Assembly: GCA_030604165.1 (NCBI GenBank)
Contig: JAUVWK010000001.1
Coordinates: 37,484-61,483, forward strand
DNA from: Alphaproteobacteria bacterium
GTDB taxonomy: Bacteria > Pseudomonadota > Alphaproteobacteria > UBA828
Direction: 5' to 3'
DNA: 24,000 bases
The translations under genes were made by a program, and so were the position numbers. This document shows positions 17,631-24,000 of the stretch, piece by piece (positions within the stretch are counted from its first letter, which is position 1; the number at the start of each line of letters is the position of its first letter). The notes under the pieces were generated by a model. That model was not told the DNA's origin. It was given only the letters and a program-made list of their open reading frames with translations, and made no database searches.

Positions 17631-18665
17631 CTACGATCCGTTCGGCCGGTTGGTGATGGCGATCAGCCGCTCCAGCGTTGCCCGCACCTTGCCGGCATCG
17701 ATGGCCTCGGCGGCCAGCGCGACGCCGGCCTTCAGGTCCGCGGCCTGCCCGACGATCACCAGCCCCGCCGCGCTGTTCAAGAGAACCACGTCGCGCACCG
17801 CGCTCGGCGCGCCGGCGAGCAGGTCGGTCATGATCCGCGCGTTGGCCTTGCCGTCACCGCCCTTGAGATCGGCCAGCGTCGCGCGCGGCAAGCCGGCGTC
17901 TTCCGGGGTCACCTCGAAGGCGCTGATCGCACCGTCCTTCAGCTCGGCAACCCGCGACGGGCCGGTCGTCGTCAGCTCGTCCAGGCCGTCCGCGCCATGC
18001 ACGACCCAGACCCGTTCGGAGCCGAGATTCTTCAGCACCATCGCCATGGGTTCCATCCAGGCGGCATCGAACACGCCGAGCAGCTGGAATTTGGCCCCGG
18101 CCGGATTGGACAGCGGTCCCAGCAGATTGAAGATGGTGCGGGTGCCGAGCTCGACCCGGGCCGGGGCGACGTGACGCATGGCGCCATGATGGCGCGGCGC
18201 CATGAGAAAGCCGATGCCGGCCTGCCAAATCGATTCGCGGACCAGCGCCATGTCGGCCTCGATATCGACCCCGAGCGCGGCGAGCAGATCGGCGGAGCCC
18301 GAGCGCGACGAGAGCGCCCGGTTGCCATGCTTGGCCACCGGCACGCCGCAGGCCGCGATAACAATCGCCGCGGCGGTCGAGATGTTGAAGGTCCCTTTGG
18401 CGTCGCCGCCGGTGCCGCAGGTGTCGATGGCGCCGGCCGGCGCCTCGATGGCGACGGCGCGCGAGCGCAGCGCCATGGCGCCGCCCGTGATTTCGTCCAC
18501 GGTTTCGCCGCGCACCCTCAGCCCCAGCAAAAAGCCGCCCATTTGCGCCGGCGTCGCCTCGCCCATCATCATGATATCGAAGGCATGGCGCGCCTGCTCG
18601 ACGGTGAGCCGTTCGCCCGCCGCGACCCGGCCGATCAACGCCTTGAGGTCTTCGGCGCCGTTCAT
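17631..18665 (-). CDS. trpD: Anthranilate phosphoribosyltransferase
   Basis: 344 aa with TrpD motifs ([39 protein letters not shown]). Its start overlaps the trpG stop (ATGA). Confidence 0.95.
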   Translation of the reverse strand: MNGAEDLKALIGRVAAGERLTVEQARHAFDIMMMGEATPAQMGGFLLGLRVRGETVDEITGGAMALRSRAVAIEAPAGAIDTCGTGGDAKGTFNISTAAAIVIAACGVPVAKHGNRALSSRSGSADLLAALGVDIEADMALVRESIWQAGIGFLMAPRHHGAMRHVAPARVELGTRTIFNLLGPLSNPAGAKFQLLGVFDAAWMEPMAMVLKNLGSERVWVVHGADGLDELTTTGPSRVAELKDGAISAFEVTPEDAGLPRATLADLKGGDGKANARIMTDLLAGAPSAVRDVVLLNSAAGLVIVGQAADLKAGVALAAEAIDAGKVRATLERLIAITNRPNGS

Positions 18666-19246
18666 GCCCGGCTCGCCGCGTCGACACTCGTCAGAAAATT
18701 CTTCAGCAAGGCGTGGCCGTGCTCCGAGGCGATGCTTTCCGGATGGAATTGCACGCCATGCACCGGCAACGTCTTGTGCGCGAGCCCCATGATCACGCCG
18801 TCGTCGGTCTCGGCGGTCACCTCCAGGCAGGCCGGCAGGCTTTGCCGCTCGACCATCAGCGAATGGTAGCGCGTGGCCGAGAACGGCACCGGCAGGCCGT
18901 CGAACAGGCCGCGTCCGTGGTGGCGGATTTGGCTCAGCTTGCCGTGCATCAGTGTCGGCGCGCGGACCACCCGCCCGCCGAAAGCCTGGCCGATCGACTG
19001 ATGGCCCAGGCAGACGCCAAGCAGCGGCACCACGCCCGCCGCCCGGCGCACCAGCTCAAGACAAATGCCCGCCTTGTCGGGATCGCACGGTCCCGGCGAA
19101 AGCACGATGCCTTGCGGGGCGAGCGCCAGCACGTCTGCGACCGTGACCGCGTCGTTTCGGTGCACGACAGCTTCGGCCCCGAGCTCGCCGAGAAAATGCA
19201 CCAGGTTGTAGGTGAAGCTGTCGTAATTGTCGATTAACACATACAT
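18662..19246 (-). CDS. trpG: Anthranilate synthase component II (glutamine amidotransferase; TrpG/PabA type)
   Basis: 194 aa class I GATase. The N-terminus is [16 protein letters not shown], with the catalytic Cys context GVCLGHQ and His (VQFHPES). It is translationally coupled to trpD, which supports trpG over pabA. Confidence 0.9.
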   Translation of the reverse strand: MYVLIDNYDSFTYNLVHFLGELGAEAVVHRNDAVTVADVLALAPQGIVLSPGPCDPDKAGICLELVRRAAGVVPLLGVCLGHQSIGQAFGGRVVRAPTLMHGKLSQIRHHGRGLFDGLPVPFSATRYHSLMVERQSLPACLEVTAETDDGVIMGLAHKTLPVHGVQFHPESIASEHGHALLKNFLTSVDAASRA

Positions 19247-19254
19247 TTCAAATA

Positions 19255-19285
19255 ATTATACTATGTTTTTAGATTCGTGTCTCAA
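19255..19285 (-). promoter_or_regulatory. Putative trpG promoter (perfect -10, possibly leaderless transcript)
   Basis: On the minus strand: TTGAGA (19285-19280), a 19-nt spacer, then TATAAT (19260-19255). Only 8 nt (TATTTGAA) separate the -10 from the trpG ATG, and no SD is present. The -35 spacing is suboptimal, so only the -10 is convincing. Confidence 0.4.
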
Positions 19286-19505
19286 CATTGAATTCGCCGT
19301 CTCTTGGCGCCTGATGACGCGGCTCGGCGCAGCAAATCCTTAGTAAGCCGAGCCGTCAAGTCCCAGCGGACGGATTGGACTGGTTCTGGCCCTGACCTTC
19401 GGGTAACTAGAAGCCAGACATCAGGGGGGCCGGCGGCGCCCGCGCTGCGGGCGAAGATGCTTGTTTGGCCGGGTCTGGCCTGCACTGGGCGAAACTCTAG
19501 GGGGA

Positions 19506-20132
19506 ATGCCGGTGGTCCGAAAGACCTATCAACGCATCGCGCGGCTCTACGATCTACTCGACCTGCCGTTCGAGCGGCGCCGTTATCAGCCGTTGCGGCC
19601 AATCATGTTCAAGGGCCTTTCCGGGACAATCCTCGATGCCGGCGTCGGGACGGGCCGCAACATGCCGTTCTATCCCGGCGGCGCCCGTGTCTTCGGCATT
19701 GATCTCAGCCCGGCGATGCTGCTGCGGGCACGCCGGCGCCGCGCGCAGGTCGGCGCGGCTGTCGGTTTGGCCGAGATGGATGTGTTGCATTGCGGCTTCG
19801 CGGACCGCCAGTTCGACGGCATCGTCGCCACGTTTCTATTTTGCGTCCTCGACGAGCGCCAGCAGCTGCCGGCGCTCAAGGAGCTGGCTCGCATTTGCCG
19901 GCCGGACGGCGAAATTCGCTTGCTCGAATACAGCTATTCCGCCGCTCCGATGAAGCGGTTCATCATGCGCCTGTGGGCGCCGTGGGTGCGGTGGGCGTAC
20001 GGTGCGGCGTTCGACCGCGACACGCACCGCTATGTTGCGGAGGCCGGTCTCGAGATGGTCGAAAACCGGTTCTTGTTTGAGGACATCATCCGCCTGATCG
20101 TCGTCCGTCCCGCCGCGCGAGGAGCGGCCTGA
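19506..20132 (+). CDS. Class I SAM-dependent methyltransferase
   Basis: Motif I ILDAGVGTGRN, an acidic post-I residue (FGIDLSPAML) and a Methyltransf_11/25-like body. The start is ambiguous: ATG 19506 (MPVVRKTYQRIARLYD) is preferred over the listed TTG 19461. Confidence 0.8.
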   Translation: MPVVRKTYQRIARLYDLLDLPFERRRYQPLRPIMFKGLSGTILDAGVGTGRNMPFYPGGARVFGIDLSPAMLLRARRRRAQVGAAVGLAEMDVLHCGFADRQFDGIVATFLFCVLDERQQLPALKELARICRPDGEIRLLEYSYSAAPMKRFIMRLWAPWVRWAYGAAFDRDTHRYVAEAGLEMVENRFLFEDIIRLIVVRPAARGAA

Positions 20133-20143
20133 GCGCCGACCCT

Positions 20144-20362
20144 TCAGGCGAAGATATCGATCGCTTCCCCGGTGGTTTGGCCGGACGTGATGGCCATGTA
20201 TTGCTGTTGCTGACGCTGTTCGGCTTCTTGCCGGGCGCGCCGTTGGTCCTCGGCGCTATTATCGTTCTGAGACGGCTCTATGGCGGCGACGGGCTTGACG
20301 GCGCTGAAGCTCTTGAATGGGGTGACGGGCCGCGCGACGGTGGACAAGGAACTGACGTCCAT
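20144..20362 (-). CDS. Hypothetical 72-aa Q/E/R-rich protein
   Basis: ATG 20362 is preceded by the strong SD AAGGAG at a 7-nt spacing (minus strand GAAAAGGAGACCCGTATG). The product is MDVSSLSTVARPVTPFKSF...EQRQQQQYMAITSGQTTGEAIDIFA, with no TM segment and no recognisable family. The ORF-track extension to 20470 lacks any SD. Confidence 0.5.
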   Translation of the reverse strand: MDVSSLSTVARPVTPFKSFSAVKPVAAIEPSQNDNSAEDQRRARQEAEQRQQQQYMAITSGQTTGEAIDIFA

Positions 20363-20637
20363 ACGGGTCTCCTTTTCGGTAACCCCGCTATCCAGACGAT
20401 CTTGGACTGGACCGGAGGCTTTGCGTCCCGCCGTTACCGACGGTTTGCCGTTTCGTGGAACCGAGTACAAACGGTGCCCACTCTTTTTGTGGACCGTACA
20501 TTCTGGCCTCTGACATCTTTACAAGCCCTTAACGGACGTGGGCTCACTATCCACTGTTTCCGGGCTCCTGCTATGGCGGGACAGGCGCGCCTCGGCTATC
20601 TTGGCGGCGGGTGGGCTCAAGACGCGGGGAACCCCGA

Positions 20638-20653
20638 TTAACCGACCGTTAAC
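20638..20653. promoter_or_regulatory. CtrA-box-like motif TTAA-N7-TTAAC
   Basis: The sequence TTAACCGACCGTTAAC is an exact match to the Caulobacter-type CtrA full site. It ends 24 nt upstream of the UxaA-like ATG. It can also be read as the palindrome TTAAC-N5-GTTAA. Confidence 0.45.
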
Positions 20654-20676
20654 CTTGCCGAAAGCAACGCGGCATC

Positions 20677-22242
20677 ATGACCGATATTTCCGCTATTTCT
20701 GCTGCGGCTCTGACCATCGAGGAGGCCACGATCCGCCTGCACGAGGCGGATAACGTGGTGATCGCCAAAGCGGACCTCGCTCGGGGCACGATGATCGAGA
20801 GCGAGGGCGAGCGCCTGGAGCTGCGCGGCGCGGTGCCGCATGGGCACAAGATCGCGACCCAGGCCGTTGCGGCCGGAGAGGCGCTGCGCAAATACGACCA
20901 GATCATCGGCTTCGCGAGCCAAGCCATCGCGCCTGGCGAGCACGTGCACAGCCACAACCTCGCCTTCGCCGACTTCAAGCGCGATTACGCCATCGGCGTG
21001 GACGCGCGCCCGACCGATTATCTGCCCGAGGACGAACGCGCCACGTTTGAGGGCATCGTGCGGGCGGACGGCCGCGTCGCGACCCGCAATTATTTGGCGG
21101 TCGTTACCACGGTGAACTGCTCGGCGACCGCGGCGCGATACATCGCGGAGTCTTTTCGCGGCGATGCCTTGGCGGACTACCCGGCGGTGGATGGCGTGAT
21201 CGCGCTCACCCACGGCTCCGGCTGCGGCATGGCTCCGTCGGGCGACGGCTACGATTATTTGCGCCGCGCTATTTCCGGTTATGCGCGCCATCCCAACATT
21301 GCCGGGTTCCTGTTGCTCGGGCTTGGCTGCGAGGTCAACCAGGTCGATGCGCTGGTCGCCGATAGCGGCCTCGCACTCGACCCGATGGCGCACGCCATGA
21401 CCATCCAGCAGAGCGGCGGCACCACGGCGACCGTGCGCGAGGGCTGCGCGCGCCTGCGCGACATGCTGCCCGAAGCCAACCGCGTGAGGCGCCAGTCCGT
21501 GCCGGCAAGCGCGCTCGTGCTGGGCATGGAATGCGGCGGCTCCGACGCCTTCTCCGGGCTCACCGCCAACCCGGCGCTCGGCGCGGCGGCGGATCTTCTG
21601 GTGCGCCACGGCGGCACGGCGATCCTCGGCGAGACCCCGGAGATCTATGGCGCCGAGCATCTGCTTGTGCGCCGGGCGGCGACCGCCGAAGTCGGGCGCA
21701 AGCTGATCGAGCGGGTCGAGTGGTGGGAAGGCTACACGGCGGCCAATCAGGCCGCGATCGACAACAATCCGAGCCCCGGCAACAAGGCCGGCGGCTTGAC
21801 CACGATTCTCGAAAAATCCCTCGGCGCCGCCGCCAAGGGCGGCACCACCAACCTGGTCGAGGTCTACCGCTATGCCGAGCCGGTTACGGCGAAGGGCTTT
21901 GTTTTCATGGATACGCCGGGCTACGACCCCGTCTCCGTGACGGGCATGGTCGCCGGCGGGGCCAATATCATCTGCTTCACCACCGGGCGTGGTTCCGTGT
22001 TTGGCTGCAAACCGGTGCCGAGCCTCAAGCTGGCCACCAATACCCGCACCTACCAGCGCATGGCCGAGGATATGGACATCAATTGCGGCCTGGTGATCGA
22101 CGGCGAGACCGATATCCCGACCATGGGTGAGCGGATCTTCCAACGGATCCTCGAGGCCGCGTCTGGCCGGCCGACCAAGAGCGAGGCGCTCGGCTTCGGC
22201 GAGGCGGAGTTCGTCCCGTGGCAGCTGGGCGCGGTGTTATAG
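20677..22242 (+). CDS. UxaA family hydrolyase (altronate/galactarate dehydratase-like, fused SAF N-terminal domain)
   Basis: 521 aa. An N-terminal SAF domain (VVIAKADLARGT...GHKIATQAVAAGEALRKYDQIIGFA...GEHVHSHN) is followed by a UxaA/GarD C-terminal domain (NCSAT, HGSGCG, ECGGSD, FMDTPGYDPVSVTG, CFTTGRGS). Substrate cannot be assigned from sequence alone. Confidence 0.9.
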   Translation: MTDISAISAAALTIEEATIRLHEADNVVIAKADLARGTMIESEGERLELRGAVPHGHKIATQAVAAGEALRKYDQIIGFASQAIAPGEHVHSHNLAFADFKRDYAIGVDARPTDYLPEDERATFEGIVRADGRVATRNYLAVVTTVNCSATAARYIAESFRGDALADYPAVDGVIALTHGSGCGMAPSGDGYDYLRRAISGYARHPNIAGFLLLGLGCEVNQVDALVADSGLALDPMAHAMTIQQSGGTTATVREGCARLRDMLPEANRVRRQSVPASALVLGMECGGSDAFSGLTANPALGAAADLLVRHGGTAILGETPEIYGAEHLLVRRAATAEVGRKLIERVEWWEGYTAANQAAIDNNPSPGNKAGGLTTILEKSLGAAAKGGTTNLVEVYRYAEPVTAKGFVFMDTPGYDPVSVTGMVAGGANIICFTTGRGSVFGCKPVPSLKLATNTRTYQRMAEDMDINCGLVIDGETDIPTMGERIFQRILEAASGRPTKSEALGFGEAEFVPWQLGAVL

Positions 22243-22423
22243 CGCGGGCAGGGCGATAGGTTCGCGAGAGGTAAGAAAAAGACATGCCAATGGTGTCAGG
22301 CGCCGGATTGCCGGCGCAAGCGAGGTTGAGCTGAGCGACAAATCCCAGACCCGTGCGGGCGGTCAGCCTGCGGATGGCGGGCGCGGCGATGGCATCTGGC
22401 GCGGTCGCTGGCTGCAAGCGGCC

Positions 22424-23536
22424 TTGGGGTTGCTCGGGCTCGTCATCGTGGGCGCCGCCCTCGGCTCCTGGCTTGGCTTGAGCGGCACCGAGCGCGAGGA
22501 CCCGCGCCGCGCGGCCGGATACGAGGTCGCCGCCGCCGCCTCCCAACGAGCTGTCGCCGCCTCCGAACCCACCGACCCGGCGTCCCGGCTCGCGCCACGC
22601 TCGCCTGAGGCCGTGCGCAAGCGGCTCGAGGACCGCGGCGTGGCGTCGGTTCCCAGATTGTTGCGGGCCGGCCTGCGACGAGAGGAGGTGCCCGAGGCGG
22701 AACACGCGCTTGAGGTGGCGCGTTCGCCGGCGGCGCCAGACAGGCTCGAACCCGACGTTCGCGAAAGCGGCCACGGACCTGGGAGCGCTCGCGTCCCACG
22801 CGCGGTGCAACCGCTACCGGCGTGGCGCCGCTATGCGGCGCGCGAGGAAGGCATCGGCACGTTGCCGATGATCGCGATCGTCATCGACGACCTGGGTCAT
22901 TCCGAACGCCATGTGGTCCGGGCCCTGGCCCTCGACGTGCCCGTCACGTTTGCGTTCTTGCCTTATGCGCCGCATGCCAGGCGGCTGGCGCGCCGGGCGC
23001 GCGCGCAAGGTCGCGAGGTGCTCATGCACTTGCCCATGGAGCCCGACAATCCAGCCACGGATCCAGGCCCGAACGCGCTGCATCTCGGTCTCGGCGAGGC
23101 GGAGCTCAAGCGGCGGATCGAGCACAACTTGGCGCAGTTGGAAGACTATGTGGGGGTCAACAACCACATGGGCTCGAAGTTCACGCGCGACGCCCAGGCC
23201 ATGGCCATGGTGTTGGCGGAGCTCGATGCGCGCGGCCTGATGTTTCTGGATTCGGTGACCACGGCATCGACGGTCGGTTTCGAGCTGGCCGAGCGGCGAC
23301 GCATGCCCTATGCGCGCCGCAATGTGTTTCTCGATTCCGACGCGGCGCTTGGCGCGGTCGAGGATCAACTGGCGCTGTTGGAGCACATGGCGCGCGAGCG
23401 GGGCTACGCGGTGGCGATCGCGCACCCTTATGACGAGACCTTCGCGGCTCTCGAAGCGTGGTTGCCGGGGGCCCGAGACCGGGGCTTGCGCATCGTGCCC
23501 ATCAGCGCGGTGGCCGCCCTGGAATGTGCGTGTTAG
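22424..23536 (+). CDS. Divergent polysaccharide deacetylase family protein (YibQ-like), 5' end unresolved
   Basis: The C-terminal 250 aa match the YibQ/divergent polysaccharide deacetylase pattern (IAIVIDDLGHS, FAFLPY, LMHLPMEP, GVNNHMGSKFT, FLDSVTT, RNVFLDS). An N-terminal TM helix (LLGLVIVGAALGSWLGL) is followed by an A/R/E-rich linker. TTG 22424 is the first canonical in-frame start after the uxaA-like stop. The real start may lie upstream (see the finding on this gene). Confidence 0.75.
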   Translation: MGLLGLVIVGAALGSWLGLSGTEREDPRRAAGYEVAAAASQRAVAASEPTDPASRLAPRSPEAVRKRLEDRGVASVPRLLRAGLRREEVPEAEHALEVARSPAAPDRLEPDVRESGHGPGSARVPRAVQPLPAWRRYAAREEGIGTLPMIAIVIDDLGHSERHVVRALALDVPVTFAFLPYAPHARRLARRARAQGREVLMHLPMEPDNPATDPGPNALHLGLGEAELKRRIEHNLAQLEDYVGVNNHMGSKFTRDAQAMAMVLAELDARGLMFLDSVTTASTVGFELAERRRMPYARRNVFLDSDAALGAVEDQLALLEHMARERGYAVAIAHPYDETFAALEAWLPGARDRGLRIVPISAVAALECAC

Positions 23537-23558
23537 GGCCGTTCAAACCTGAAATTTT

Positions 23559-24000
23559 CTAACCGCTGCCCCGGCTCGCGAAGCGTACCGCTTCTTCCGA
23601 GGCGCGAATCAGGGCGCGCGCTTTGTTGCAGGATTCCTGATATTCGGCCTCGGGGTCGCTATCGGCCACCACGCCGCCGCCGGCCTGCACGTACATGGTG
23701 CCGTCCTTGACGATCGCCGTGCGCAACGCGATGCAGGTATCCATGGCGCCGTCGGCCGCGAAATAGCCGACCGCGCCGGCGTAGATGCCGCGGCGTTCTT
23801 TCTCCAATTCGTCGATGATCTCCATCGCCCGCACCTTGGGCGCGCCGGTCACGGTGCCGGCGGGAAACCCGCCGACCAGCGCGTCGATCGCGTCGAGCCC
23901 GGCGCGGATCGTACCTTCGACGTTGGAGACGATGTGCATGACGTGGGAATAGCGCTCGATCGCCATCTGTTCGGTGACCTTGACACTGCCGATCTCGGCG
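23559..24000 (-). CDS. trpE: Anthranilate synthase component I, 3' portion (5' end outside the window)
   Basis: The frame is open to the window edge ([25 protein letters not shown]...). It contains the chorismate-binding C-terminal motifs [15 protein letters not shown] and [10 protein letters not shown]...IALRT...[11 protein letters not shown]. Confidence 0.93.
   Translation of the reverse strand, partial: AEIGSVKVTEQMAIERYSHVMHIVSNVEGTIRAGLDAIDALVGGFPAGTVTGAPKVRAMEIIDELEKERRGIYAGAVGYFAADGAMDTCIALRTAIVKDGTMYVQAGGGVVADSDPEAEYQESCNKARALIRASEEAVRFASRGSG

Noticed and set aside
19375-19395. Mini-ORF TTG-GAC-TGG-TTC-TGG-CCC-TGA (MDWFWP), with two Trp codons, near the trp genes. It was considered as a possible trp leader peptide.
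   Set aside because: It is on the plus strand, whereas trpG is on the minus strand. It has a TTG start, no SD and no terminator/antiterminator pairing around it. It is most likely coincidence.
19296-19470. Known riboswitch classes (cobalamin B12-box, TPP, SAM-II, glycine, ZTP, fluoride), and SRP RNA, 6S or tmRNA identity, for the structured intergenic segment.
   Set aside because: Only trivial resemblances are present, for example AGCCAGA versus the B12 box and GGUCAGG versus SRP. The diagnostic conserved cores (GCCACUG, CUGAGA, the GGAA tetraloop helix 8, a tag reading frame) are absent. The region is kept only as an unclassified candidate.
20465-20480. Sigma-54-like element (minus strand TGGGCACCGTTTGTAC) upstream of the 72-aa ORF.
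   Set aside because: The -12 element reads GTAC or TGTA instead of TTGC at the required spacing. Only the GGCAC half matches.
20547-20555. DnaA-box-like CTATCCACT in the 314-nt intergenic region.
   Set aside because: It matches TTATCCACA at only 7 of 9 positions. It is a single copy with no AT-rich unwinding element or box cluster, and the context is not an origin.
1-24000. Search for CRISPR arrays, tRNA, rRNA or tmRNA genes, IS elements or transposases, integrases, prophage genes, toxin-antitoxin pairs, restriction-modification or other defence systems.
   Set aside because: None found. There are no repeat-spacer periodicity, no cloverleaf-capable segments noticed in intergenic DNA, no terminal inverted repeats flanking ORFs and no ORF with relevant motifs. 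The single methyltransferase is a small-molecule or lipid-type class I enzyme without DNA-MTase motifs or a partner nuclease.

Overview
High-GC (hand estimate about 65%) chromosomal segment with the gene order and regulatory motifs typical of an Alphaproteobacterium. Nearly everything is conserved housekeeping. There is an envelope and lipid A operon on the + strand: rseP(partial)-bamA-skp-lpxD-fabZ-lpxA-lpxI-lpxB-gloA. It is followed by gltA and gltX (-), comEC (+), lexA (-), and an operon-like minus-strand run trpG-trpD-trpC-moaC-moeA. The last 4.3 kb holds a less conserved-looking module: a SAM methyltransferase, a 72-aa Q-rich orphan, a UxaA-family dehydratase and a YibQ-type divergent polysaccharide deacetylase. 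This module separates trpGDC from a partial trpE. I found no tRNA or rRNA, CRISPR array, transposase, integrase, or recognisable defence or toxin system, and I cannot support a claim of a novel multi-gene system here. The things worth a second look are small-scale. They are a perfect CtrA-type TTAA-N7-TTAAC site just upstream of the UxaA-like gene, and a structured roughly 170-nt non-coding stretch next to a 24% GC island carrying a perfect TATAAT 8 nt from the trpG ATG, which suggests a leaderless mRNA. Others are a head-to-head pair of alphaproteobacterial SOS boxes embedded in a TTGACA promoter for lexA, a deacetylase gene with no canonical start after the upstream stop, a rare-codon AT-rich patch inside gltX, two candidate small proteins, and several repeat or hairpin oddities at gene junctions. 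The many long ORFs antisense to real genes are high-GC artefacts.
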